This document shows positions 29,501 to 41,881 of a stretch of DNA of 64,000 bases, one piece after another. A program made the translations under genes and the position numbers. The DNA is from Balanoglossus misakiensis (Eukaryota; Animalia; Hemichordata): the NCBI GenBank assembly GCA_040954595.2, contig CM082594.2, positions 6,085,962 through 6,149,961 of the forward strand, given 5' to 3'. The notes beneath the pieces were generated by a model. It did no database searches, had not been told where the DNA came from, and was given only the letters and a program-made list of their open reading frames with translations. Within the stretch, counting starts at the first letter, position 1. Every line of letters starts with the position of its first letter.

Positions 29501-32500
29501 ACGATTGACCCAAAATCCCAATTATTCATGAGCCCACAAATGTTCCGGGTTTGCAGAAAGATCGTTGGAATTAGCATGGTGCACAATGAAAAAGTTAAAA
29601 ATGAATGAAAACCTACCACATGGATGAAATTGAGTTTGACAGTTTTTGTGAGTTATTCTCATTAAGTATTCCATATTAATCCTGTGTTATAAAATATTAA
29701 ATGGCGTAATCGCATGGCTATTATATATGTTTAAAAGATTGACGGTATGAAATGAACCCTTGACAAAATGACAGATATTGAAGTATTTTGATTTCTTGTT
29801 GAAAATGTCGCACATTCATGTTGACGTTTGCACTCCGCAGGATACTGATTCTTCGAACACGAATATGAATACGAATCTGACTCGAAAGGAATCGATCCGA
29901 TGAGTAATTGGGATTCGATGAGTAATACCGTTGCGGTTCAATACGACTGACAATGTTTATCTTTCTCATTTATCAGCGGTGACCTACGCTTATTCACACA
30001 AGTGCAGTATGCAAAGCTTTTGTGTCTTCTAACTTATTGATACCAATATGGCCATCTTACAATTTGACAGACGGTAGCTAATAGCAAACTAACTGGCGGG
30101 CAAATACTGAAATCGGACAGGAAATTAGTCCACTCTTGACCGCCTGCAAAAGCCTTCTGCAGAAGCATATTGCTGCAACAATTGTTGCCAGTTAATGGTT
30201 GTCGACTGTTCAGGCTTTATGGAATATGCCGGAGATAAAAAATATGCTGAAGGCAGGATTTGGAATCATTAAAGTCGCGTCAGTTATACAGCGTCTCACG
30301 GTGATTGCTTTGTGTGCCAGTAAACGTCATAATATTTGCCCAGTCGTATAAAGAAAAGTTGCGGACTAAGTTTTGTGCGCATGTCGGAGGGCACAGTATG
30401 CAAATTTTAATGTCGATACTGCTATATACCTCTCCCAGGACCAGGTTCAAGGATGCATTCGGACAAGTAGGCGAAAAGTGAGAAACCTTGAAGCGAGACT
30501 GTACATTGAGCTTTACTGTGGGGATGTCTTTGAGGTGTTTAAACTTAAGGCTAAATTGAAATGAATACCACACAATAACTGCGACACAATTTTTGTACCA
30601 TCTATGCGATAGTATGTCGCAATCCTCCAACTCCGGTTTGTTCGATGCGTAAAAATTATCAGATTCACATTACGTTAATGTCATAATTATAGCGCGTCTA
30701 TCATACGTCCATTTTTCTCACGCAAAAAGGCTGTGATAGACACTAAAATAAAACACATGCGATGCACTCGTACACGCATGATGTGAGTGACGTCATTTAT
30801 TAACGGGACAAGTCAGCGCCGGGGTCAGGGCAGAGAACGTCTTCTGCAAGTGGCAGAACACAGTGCAAAGCCCATCAGACATTTTGATCAGCGTACTTTA
30901 TAAAGAAAATGACTTCCTAAAGAGCTATTGACATTATGTACTTTCCTTGTGGTGATGAAAGCCGGGCAGAGTCTAATGCGCTTTTGCTAAATTAGGGCAT
31001 CTTTATAGGATTCCGTTGGACGCACTGCGCGTTCAGGAAGATTGGTGCGTTGCCTTTTCCCATTACTGTCCATTACAATCAGGCTGCGCAAACTTTATAG
31101 TAGCACATCGGTGCTGTGCCAATATGAGAAATCCAATCTTTAAAATCCAGTAGAATTATATTTCCTCGTGGTCGAGCTATTTTAAAACTTTGATTAACGA
31201 AGTGCTTCATCCAATAGTTAAGGAGTAGCGTTATATGCATATGGCAGATGCATTAGCACAGGGGTGGTAATGTGGATAGCCTTTAGCATGAAAGACAGGG
31301 TTGTACATCCAAGCCTCTCTTTTATCAAAGGCATGACTTTCACGATAGTCTGGGGTACAACATTTTTCGATATTCTGTGTCTTCCGGCTCCCTCTCTCTC
31401 TCGAGACATATGAGATAACCGGTAAATAAGATATAAACCACTAACAAAATCTCCCATCAGCTGTATACTTTATATCAATATAGAAAATTGGAAAACGAAT
31501 TTCAGCGAGGTGGATAATCTAAAAGCTGTCGACATACCCCCAGGATTCAATTCACAAGACAATGCCAGGCAAGACATCAATTTGGTGCTTGCTCTTCCAG
31601 ATCATGCTCATGGGTTTCTTTAAGTAAATGAGTCTTGAAATGTCTGGGGCTTATCAGCGCACCAGCAACACAAACATTAATCACAGTAAAACATGGCACA
31701 TTCTGGGAATACTAGCCCATGAGTGGGGATACCAAGAAATGCAATTATACGGATTGAAAGTGGTGTCGTAGATATCGGGGTTGGGTAGTGTGGCTAATAA
31801 GTAAAAGAATGATTTAAGCTTTGAGTGAAAACAGCTCTGTTTTAAAACTCGTTCAATGTATACACAGTAATGTACAGTACAAAAGCCCGATCCTCAAAAT
31901 AACTGATGAGACTCGAGCTGTTCGGAACTGTGAAAAGAAAAACACACGAGAGCGAATATAAATTACTCGATCACATTCCCGACTTCAAATTTCATTCACA
32001 TCGACCATGGTGCCATAAGGTACATATCTTATTGATTCCCTCTATTATTCAGTCAGTTATGAAGATGGAGTGTGTGCAATGGGTTGATTTATGTGGCTCA
32101 CGTCCGCGCTGAATTGAACGGAACGCCGGCCTAATGCAAAACATCTCGCTGCAACAAGTCTACATTTGTCCGTTAAACCAATATTGGTCTCGCGTCAGCT
32201 TGCTGTTCACGCCGTGCCAATAGCCGAGTCACTCGACAAAGCTGGCAGCGGGTTTCGTGGAAACCGTTTACAGCCGCTCGGTTTGCCGAGTGTTCTGAAT
32301 GTGAAAAAATACGCACAAGGTTAATGTTTTTATGGTATTAAACCAATCTGGTATCTGCCCCATCGATACGGCTAAGAAGAACCCGTTCTTCATGGATGAT
32401 ATAACGCTGCCTTCATTAAGACGAATTAGATCGACAGTGCCTAAAATATTCAACAAAAATCGGCTTCCAGTCAAGAACAGCAGTAAAAAAACCCACAATT

Positions 32501-35500
32501 ACGATAAACAGAATTCGAGCGACTGTGTTATCAAACAAAATATTTACCGGCCACAAATTTCAGCAACCGTCATTAAGGGCTCTGCTCTTATCTGTTTAAA
32601 CAAAAATACTCGCTGTCGTGATGGACTTTTGATCATTTTGCGCTCATTTCGTTCCTGCAAGCCTGGTATATTCTCAGCGGGACCCCCTCTAAGGTGATCA
32701 AGGGAAACTTGATTCAGTGAGCGTTTCTGTTGCTCACACTCCACGGAATCTCCAATTACCCCTTTACTTCCGAGAACACATTCAACAGTAATTTGGTTTA
32801 TTTGCCAAGAGTTAGTCGGTCCACAAACACGGGCAAAGTGGTTAACTTTGACAGCCACGGGAAGACATGATTTTTCAATAATTTGACCATTTTGCTCAAT
32901 TTATCTGCTTGTGTACACCACCTAAGCAAATTAGCAAGTGGCTATGGATACCAGTCTTTCACGTGAGTTAGAACTGCCGACCGTTTCCATGGTAATTCGT
33001 TTAAGAGTAGACAACTGTAGGTTTAAGCAATCTTCTTGCTTGCTCGGGCATTTGAATCGCGTTTGGCTGTACGCATGTGCAGCTTAATAAAATGTGCGTA
33101 AAATATTGCATGTATTACTCGTTACAGGAAAATGCTCTTGGTTGTGGACAACGGCTTGACGTCAGCATAATATGTATTTTATGTAAAATAGTTGACGTAA
33201 TAGGCCGAGAATGCTACATTTTTACATGATTGCATGAATTGTATTTTTGTTTTGTGTAAAAAGCCCTTAACTACAATCGTTACATTTCCAAAGAAACCAG
33301 TCGCCATGACATTCTCAAGAAAACATAAATTACGTAAACCAGTCTCACTCCCGACTCGCGTTCACATTTTAAACCTCCCTAAACGTCATTTAATCATATC
33401 TTTGTCTGACAGTTTCTTCAACATGAATGATAGAATTCTTCATAAAACGTCCCTTCCATCAGAGGCACCATAAACGGCAACACTTCCTCTGAAACAGATG
33501 TTCAATTGTATTTCATTTTTTGCAATATTCAATATTCATCTCGAAATTAATGGCTTTAATTCGTCACTGACGAGACTCCAGGGCATCAATCTGAAATTAT
33601 GGAAGTGCGTCACGAGATCAAAAAGTACTCATTTGCGTTTGGTCTGGATGCCTGTGAAGTGGTTGTGTCATTACGGTTAGACCGCGGGTTCGCGTGACGT
33701 TAACTTTTTGAGCGTCTGCTGTTTACTTACGTAATGATCTTGTTGAAATTCCTCGATGATCATGGTCACAGAGGGGAGACGTTCAGTTTCCTTAGAAACA
33801 CAAAGTGGAAAAATTGGAGACGCTACTTGAAGATGAAGTGGCGGGGAACGAATGCTGAGTAATTGCTCTCCGCACGAGTGGTACCGGACTCTTAATTTGC
33901 CGCATTTGTGCAAACTGCCCCCGTTGACAGGGACGACCAGGAGAATGACATACGTTCAAATCTGCGCACCGTGAAAGAAAGACGGCGTGAAGCGACGAAC
34001 CGTGCCGCCCTCAGACAGGAAATTATCCCAAGACTGCACATATACTCATGATATGCCCTCATTGCCATTGTATTCACGGACATTTTCAGTGAAACGCTTT
34101 AAACATCTATCGCGGCTGTCTGGAAAAAAAGTACTAGCCGTTGCCTAGACTGAAGACAAAGTGCACTCAACTTCACGCAAACCGTTTCCACTTGTTGAGA
34201 CTTTGAATCGAATTCGTCTTCACTGAAGTCGCTAGAGAGTTCATTCAATCATTTTTCAAACACTCTCCAGCGATACTTCCCCCGTTTTACACAAATAAAC
34301 CATGAATTCAAACAAATAGTGTTGACATTATACAGTTTGCGATTTGTTACGATAGCTTTCGTTATGTTTATTTTGAAGATGAATTATAAACTTTCATTAC
34401 AGCTATTTTGAGACAGTGCTGTCTCTATTTATAATGAACACAGTGTAACTAAAAATTCCTAAAACGCTTTCTTGTCGAGCGTACTGGACTGCTGTATTCA
34501 CCGACTTTGTATCGAGCATTTTAGTGACAACATTTGGAAGCGCTGACGTCCAAATTACAGTGATGTAAACAGGGCATGCGTACGGGCAGCTGTGTTTACA
34601 GTACTTTGTTTCCTGGTAGATTCTAGATCCCACAATGCATCACAGTTTCAGTGCCTTTGCGAGAGGCAGATAAACGCAAGTATGTTGTGCAACAGTGGTT
34701 TACATTATGTGATGCGTGGTCAGCTCGAACTGGCGGGCGATGTATTACGTAGTTTTTAAGAGCGACCTGGTTCTGCCGACATGTTAGAGTCGATATTACT
34801 AGAGATAAATTATCAAATGCGCGCAACTTGATATACAATATCTTTGAACGGATGCTCCGGAAAATAATAGACTGCGATATAAATAATGCAGTCAGTTCAC
34901 AAAAGGTAACATTGATGGTGCATGTAGAGTGACATTTCAGGTCGTTACATGCAGGTATCGCCTTACAGACTGCATTCAGTATGTTTTCATTTTTAATGAC
35001 AACGACTTTTCGACTGAGTGACTGACTGTCCGTGGCATTCTGCGTGCAATATGGCCATCTTCTGACAACAATTGAAGGGCTTGTACACAAACGTTACAAT
35101 GATAACGGATGTCAAGTGCGTCTGAGAGGTCACGTATCATTCATAGGCCTACCTGTGAACGGGGAAGCTACCAAAGATGGCTCAGGGGTATGACATCACA
35201 CCATCACCAACCCCATCATTTACAATCGACGCTTCGCGATTTGTCATATCTCCTTGACAGACGGTGTGAGTTAACGAACGTTTACCGTAAAGAGGTGACT
35301 CGTCGGGCCACTGTGTGTTTATGAATTATGGCGGCAGCGTATTATACAATTCCGTTTTACCGTAGTTATGAGCTCATTTTCTTTATCGAAGCTCCACAGA
35401 GTATATGCTCGCAACACCCATCCGCTGTTCATCATGTTTATGATTTCCCGGGTGAACCTGAAATAAAATGGCGTGTATACCACACGTGTGGCTTTTACGA

Positions 35501-38500
35501 GAGGAACTGCACAGGGCAGAGTTGCATGTATGCCGCCGAGTGTAAATCTGGAACGGAGCGGGCGGCGATCGAGCTGTAGACTGGCGGTGCCACGCTAAAT
35601 TAATCCCGAATCGGTTTATTTCGCGGCACATCATCACAAGAACCACAAACTAGATGGTCCTTGATGAAGACCATAATCAAATAACCGCGACCTGTGAAGA
35701 CTGGATTTCGCATCGGGTGGGCACGCACGGGAAGCAATCACTTTACGCCGGTCGCTCGTTTCCTTGCGACGCAGCGGCATTTAATTAATTGAGACGCGAT
35801 TAAAGCCGTTTTCAGGGAATCAATCCTCCATGAACTATGGCATGTCGATGGGATTCTTTCATAATGAAAATGTTCGAACAAGAAAACTATATTACATCTA
35901 CGCTACATTTGATTATGAAAAAACGCACCTGTCATATCATCGTGCCTGCTTACCATTTATTATTATCATCATGATGATGATGTCCAAGTTCTATATTCGT
36001 TTTAGGGAGATACGTCAAAAGTGACATCATCGGTTCGAAGAAAAACAATCTGTCGTTCCGATTATCTTTAAAAACGCGTGGCCAGAGGCAAACAATATCA
36101 AATGTTGAAATTTTGTACAGTTGTTCTCCTTTGTAACTCGGAATAGCTGTCTCGCTTCAACCGTGACGCGGTCACATCTGCCGCTAGCCATTTCTAACAG
36201 ACTACTCGAGCAAACTCTCACATAAAGTACGGATTTCGTTTTACTGCTCAAAAGCTCCAAAGCGGATAAGAACGAGTATTGATCGAGCATCCGTGACCCT
36301 AAAGCTTTCAAAGAAAGGATACACCCAACAATGCGATTAATTTACGACACATTATGACCTGTTCTGATATTTTGGACACTGCGCAAGGAAGTGACTATTT
36401 CTGGCGACCTCCCCGCCACTGCAAAGCCTGTGGCATGCGTTCGTGATATTAGAACCATCCGCACACACTCACCGATGGTGATCGTAATTCCTTAACGAAA
36501 CAACTAAAATTGAAATGTCTCATCTGCGACATCTCACTGCATAAAGAGCCGGCCATCTGTACGTCACATGACGGGGATACGGCGATATGGACGTACACAG
36601 CAGACCACCTTAATTGACAACCCGTTCATCGACATCGTGACCTGGGACGACACCTCAACCTTTGAAATACAAACACAACCGTAAAACGGTTTCTCAGACG
36701 AAAACCACGACCCCCTTTTCCATTTGAAATTTCCCATGTTTGTTTGCTTTCCAATAAACGAACTCTGACTCATCCGGAAAAAAGCGTGGTGACTGTAAAA
36801 GATAATACGTATATACATGCCGGTTACTTCAGGACAATTACTATTTTGTTTGTTGATGCAGATTTTTATTGAATGTCTGCATTCTGCTAGCGGAGGAACA
36901 TCGTGAGAATGGACAAGGAGCAATTGTCCTGTTCTTTGTCATGCACTACTATGTCTGCCATGAGTACCCGCATACGTCAGCGTTGCTTCAAGTCAACAAG
37001 GTCCTCTCTAGAGTTGCGAGTAAAGCGTACGTACCTGTCGACCGGGAGAGAGTTTGGTCTTACAAATGGGGCTATACACAAAGGATTGCCGAATTAACAT
37101 GAGAATGCCCGTCCAGGTTCTCAACCACTCATGACCTCCATCTGCTTGTGTGCATTAACGTTTCTTACTACGTCATAAAAAATCAATTTTCATGTACCTG
37201 TGACTGGGTGGTAATGTCGTGTTACTTACAAACGACAAACACGTAACCATTAACGGTTAAAATGTCACTTGGTGATTGTACACCGATGTGAATAGAGCAC
37301 ATGCGCACTCAATCAACACACACCGTTTCTAAATTATAATTCCCGCCCGGGCGATCTCAAGAATACGACCTTTTTGAATAATATTTATCACTATCCTATG
37401 CATTCGCACGATGTTATCAAACGTCTCGATTTATTTTTAATCCCGCGCTAAATTTATACAGTGTTTGCACGGAAAATCTTCCTCGAGTTCGAGAAAAGGT
37501 TTATGAGGTCAACGAATATTTTGATTGGCTGTGTGATGAAAGTTATCTACAGACGTTCGAAATTACATCTTGGGAACTGATAGACGTTGCTTGTGTATAC
37601 TAAACACGGCCTAGCCTTGTGAACTCTGGCCAAGCAATTGAATATCAGTCTACAGAGAAGAAAAGTACCAGTTATATGACCACGGATTTGCTAGTTTTGA
37701 CCTGACGACGCAAGGCTGCGTTTCTTAAGTGATGGTGGGGGGGGGGGAGCTAATTTGGCGTTAACGATCTTGCTTATCTCATCACACTGACCCTTGGAGC
37801 GGTCTGGCCCCCGTCTATAATAGAAGACCCCGGCAGCCTCGGATTTTGTAGGACTAGAAATCCTATAATGATGCAAGTATGATGCGAACGTCGCCCCATT
37901 ACTGCTGCTCTTTGTTAACCCAATTGCCTCCGAGACAACGATGCTGTCCGAGATAAGAACTACACCGAAGAGACGGTGTCATCTGATGCGGGGACCATTG
38001 TGTGCATTTCTAAGCCGAATGCAACCATCAAGCTTGCTATCATCCGCTTCCTGACTCCGACAAACCTAAAGTAGCCGCACCTTCCCACATTATTTGGCTA
38101 ATTTTAGCTGTAATACCGTGTCATTGTGCACAACAAGTGATATCTATGTGCCTGTTTGTTATAACACGCAAAAAAACCTGTGTGCGATCTCACAAATAGC
38201 ACAATACTTAGAAAGTCTGAACGCAGCTTAGTCAGAGAAAACACAAAACGCAATTATGATAAAACTATGAGCTCTTGTATAGAAGCTTTGCAAGTTGTAA
38301 GTAGGCGGATTGACCGCAGGAACACTGGTGAAACGATTTATCGGTGCTTAAAGTCAGGGTAATTTAATAATTGGGGCGCAGTTGCTGTGATAAACAGAGT
38401 GACTCAAGTTCAGCTTCCGACGCATTAATTTACCTGACAGCAGCACAAGCAGTTCTTGTAAATTAGCCTATATCGCCCGAGGTTTCTCAAATCCCACAGG

Positions 38501-38639
38501 AACAACTGTCAGTGCGATCTATTAATTTTGCAGACCATCGTCATTAAAGGTTCATTTTCAAGTGACAAAATCATATCAGATGTTGTTGGCTATATTACTC
38601 GGCGGTGCATTGGAATGCTAGAAGCACACTATTAACTGG

Positions 38640-38740
38640 CACTCCATCCATCAATCCTACCATGCATGCATGCATGTACTGCTGTGTATCTAACCATGCT
38701 TCTATGCAAGCATCCACCCACCCATCCATCCGTCCGTTTT
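38640..38740. repeat. Degenerate (CCAT/GCAT)n tetranucleotide low-complexity tract
   Basis: ccatccatc, catgcatgcatgcatg and ccacccacccatccatccgtcc runs. Confidence 0.6.
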
Positions 38741-39569
38741 AATTATCCACGGACCCTAAACTAAGGTTTAAGAAAGAGTATTTGCAGGGGGAAGACTGGT
38801 GCAATTTACCAGAAATGTATTCTTTGGCTGTCACTAGTACTTTCTAGGGGAAACACTTCATTCAGAAATTGCGGTTGGTCAAAGTTCAACAAAATATTGA
38901 CACATGTACCGTAAGGTGGAGCAGGTCAAACAGGGTGAACAGAAATGTTTTAGGAACAACAAAAGCACTGTACTACGGCGCGTAAAATCAGTGCCGTTGC
39001 TGCTGATGGATCGCTGGGGGGAAACGCCATGTTCTTGGTTGCCATGGCGAACACTCGGCTTGCCCGGTAGCCGGGACACAGACTTGAGTGTTGACGATGT
39101 AATTCTGCGGGTGTCGCCAACAATTAAGACGTTCTGTCAATCCGAAGGACGCAGCAAATGGCAGAGTTTGATCTATAAAATGAAATGCCCTTTGCGACGA
39201 AATTAAATGAGTCCGGTCGAAAATATCCTGATTACAAGTAATGCGTCTGCCTTCAAATGATTAATGCGCATGGGAATATTGTGTGTGTCGGCAATGTTGA
39301 AATCTTTCACCCACAAATTGAGGTTTATGGCTGTCGATCTATAATGCTCGCAATACTAGTACATACACAATACCAGTACGTAATATCTTAAAGGGCAGTC
39401 GTCCGTGGTCTGTAAACAGCGCATTTGGACGTCGAACGCTAAACACGTATTAAAATTACAAAAGCTGAAATGTCGACCTAGATACTTCTGTCGCGCATCG
39501 GTGATTGATCGCGAGCCGTTTCATTTAGAGAATGAGAACGGCGGATTTGCCTGGTTTGAGAAAATTAAT

Positions 39570-39575
39570 ACTTAC
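39570..39575 (-). other. 5' splice donor of exon B (GTAAGT)
   Basis: Plus strand ACTTAC at 39570-39575, immediately after IMPRAR. Confidence 0.9.
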
Positions 39576-40374
39576 TCCGCGCACGTGGCATAATGTGATC
39601 CTTGAGGATACTTCTGAAATTGAAGTCCCTGTCCGTTTTGGACACGTGCTCGTTGAACGTTTGGTAGCGGTCGTCCATCGGGTATTCCATGCCGAGCGTC
39701 GAGTCTTCTTCCCCGGCCCTATCCATTGCCGCCTTCAACTCGGCGTTGAGGAACCAGCACTCGCGGAAGGCGAGCATGTCTCGCTGGTCATCCTTCAGCA
39801 GCGTCGCTATCTTGCCGTACCTGTAGTGCTTCAGCACCTCGACCACAAACTGCGCCGACTTGCGGTGGACGCCCAGCGTCCGCGTCAACATGCTGAATTC
39901 GCTGGCCTTGTTGGAGAACGAGCGAGCGCCGGCGCCCGCTGTAAGGATGGGGATTTTCCAGTGGCTCGCCATCCGAACGACCGGCGCCGCGGCGTAGGTG
40001 CAAGCGGGGCCGAAGATCGCGTCGACCTCGATCTCCTTCACGTTCTTGATGAGTTCCACGGTCTTGATGGTGGAGACATACGAAGAACACTTCGAATCAT
40101 CGTAGTGTATGGTGATGTTGCGACCCGGCAGTAGCGTTGTGTCTGCGTTGACTTTCTCGATGGCTATACCAAGCCCCGGTCCAACCATCTCCAGGCGATA
40201 TGGATACATGTTCACCAGGTTATTCACGTGGCCGCTCATTGTAAGTATCGCACCCAGGTGTATGTTCATCTTATCTCCGTCCTCGTCGCCCAGGTCCACT
40301 GCAACGTCGCTTGGCAGAACGGCAAACACAAGCAGGGCCCTGACAGTGACCTGCATGGCGTTCACGCCAAACAT
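39576..40374 (-). CDS. First coding exon 'B' of NPR-like receptor guanylyl cyclase (paralogous extracellular-domain exon)
   Basis: The ORF-track start at 40404 is TTG; the first ATG is at 40374 and a second, with gccATG context, is at 40356. Signal-like VRALLVFAVL. Motifs DAIFGPACTYAAAPVVRMASHWKIPILTAGA, EFSMLTR, RECWF. Ends CCA CGT GCG CGG A|GTAAGT (intron starts at 39575, phase 1). About 50% identical to exon A by hand alignment. Confidence 0.93.
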
Positions 40375-40659
40375 AGTAAGCCGTATCCTAGTATCGTATA
40401 CCAATTTGAGATCTCACCTTGCGCTATGCTTGCTACGGCAGTAGGGCAATCTTCGCAGTGGCGTACGTCGCTTGGTAATGTGCTTGTGTACGAACCTATA
40501 GACGGACCGACACTCACGACGAGGAAGTCGTACTGATCACAATATCAATGGCTCCGCGTTGATTCAACACAGGCACTCTAAGTACCCGAGGTTCAATGTC
40601 CCCACTTCACTCACTAAGTATAACAGGCTAACAACTAAATACAAGCCGCACCGCGTAGC

Positions 40660-40960
40660 ATACACATTTAAACTTTTATCACTCGCGCAATGACAACTGC
40701 GGGGGAGTGCGCATGTGCGGCGGGGCTTCGCCAACAGGCGGCCCTTTGCAATGTCAAGCAAGGTATGCAGCCTCCCGGGGATGCGGGGCGAGAAAGTCGG
40801 ACAGCTTTTTGGATCGGACTGTTATTGGAGTCGGGTGGAACTCCGACCCATTTCCTTGGCGTTTCCCCCCCCCCCTGGATTAAAGACGCGTGGATTGCGA
40901 TAGATGGAGCACGTACGGCTGTCAAACGCTGAGTGAAAAAAAACGCCCGAAGCGGGATCA
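40660..40960 (-). promoter_or_regulatory. Candidate GC-rich promoter for exon B
   Basis: CpG-rich block upstream of exon B with an NRF1-like TGCGCATGTGCG (about 40708-40719), GC-box-like GGCGGGG/GCGGGGCG elements and an AT-rich GATAAAAGTTTAAA (minus strand) on its downstream side. Confidence 0.4.
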
Positions 40961-41258
40961 CACAAAAATCCGCAAAAAAGATAAAAGGTAAGTTGGTTGC
41001 TCCACGTATTAGATGTTGTACCTGAGGATTTTTTAAAAATTTCAGTGCATCGCTTTATCTAATGCGAAAATACGACCCTACCTTTTCTAAACGGGACAAA
41101 GTTTTTGCATTTTGTTGTTTTTTTTCTTTTGATGGGCTACTTATTATTATTAATCTGTACTTGGGTATAACATGAGAATACAGCTACAATAGAATTTTTG
41201 GAACTTATAAAACAAGATGGAGTGTTCATGCATGAGTAATTTCCATCTTCCATGAACA

Positions 41259-41313
41259 CATCATCATCATCATCATCATCATCATTATCAGCATCAGCAT
41301 CAACAACAACAAC
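41259..41313. repeat. Microsatellite (CAT)9…(CAA)4 between exons C and B
   Basis: Seen directly in the sequence. Confidence 0.9.
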
Positions 41314-41875
41314 ATTAGTCAGGAAATATGATTTGTGACATGCTTAGTCCTATAGAGATGAGGAAAAGCTTTGTATGTCATTCTACAATAAGTGAAGCAA
41401 GACGAAAATGCAATGATTACTAGTATTGTATATGCCTTCTGCAATAATTCTGTACGCATCAACCATGACATATCGTTGATGATATGTATTGTGTATGTGT
41501 TTTACGGCAATCCTGTGTATCAGATATGACGTATCTTTGATTACAAATATTATTAATAGGTTTAACGATATTACCACGTTAATGTGTATCTTTGATCACA
41601 AGAATTGTGTACATGTATTCATTTTACGGTAATGTTGTGTATCAGCTGTGACATAGCTTTGATTGCAATCATTGTACACGCGTTTTACGACAATGATGTG
41701 TGTCAGCTTTGGGTTACCACTCGTTAGCAACTCAGCTATGTTTATGGCCGTCAATCTTGAAATCCACGCACTTGCATCAGCCGGGTATAATTTTCACGGC
41801 CGACATCCGATCTTTTGGCAGCGTGCAGTGTCGCCTCAAAACCGCGAAATTATTGTATTTCTCGGCCCATCGGCT

Positions 41876-41881
41876 ACTTAC
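41876..41881 (-). other. 5' splice donor of exon C (GTAAGT)
   Basis: Plus strand ACTTAC at 41876-41881, immediately after IMPRAR. Confidence 0.9.

Noticed and set aside
35361-35457. Minus-strand exon-like segment (ATTTTATTTCAG acceptor, 97 nt, GTAAAA donor; FTREIINMMNSGWVLRAYTLWSFDKENELITT)
   Set aside because: No NPR similarity. Its open frame is phase 2, and joining it to the phase-1 donors of B or C gives an early stop, so it is not exon 2. Probably chance.
36620-36684. Peptide LIDNPFIDIVTWDDTSTFEI, vaguely like the start of an HSF/ETS DNA-binding domain
   Set aside because: Stops immediately afterwards, and the rest of the domain is absent.
40728-40746. CTCF-like CCAACAGGCGGCCC upstream of exon B
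   Set aside because: Three mismatches to the consensus and no equivalent seen upstream of A or C. Insufficient to claim CTCF-based promoter choice.
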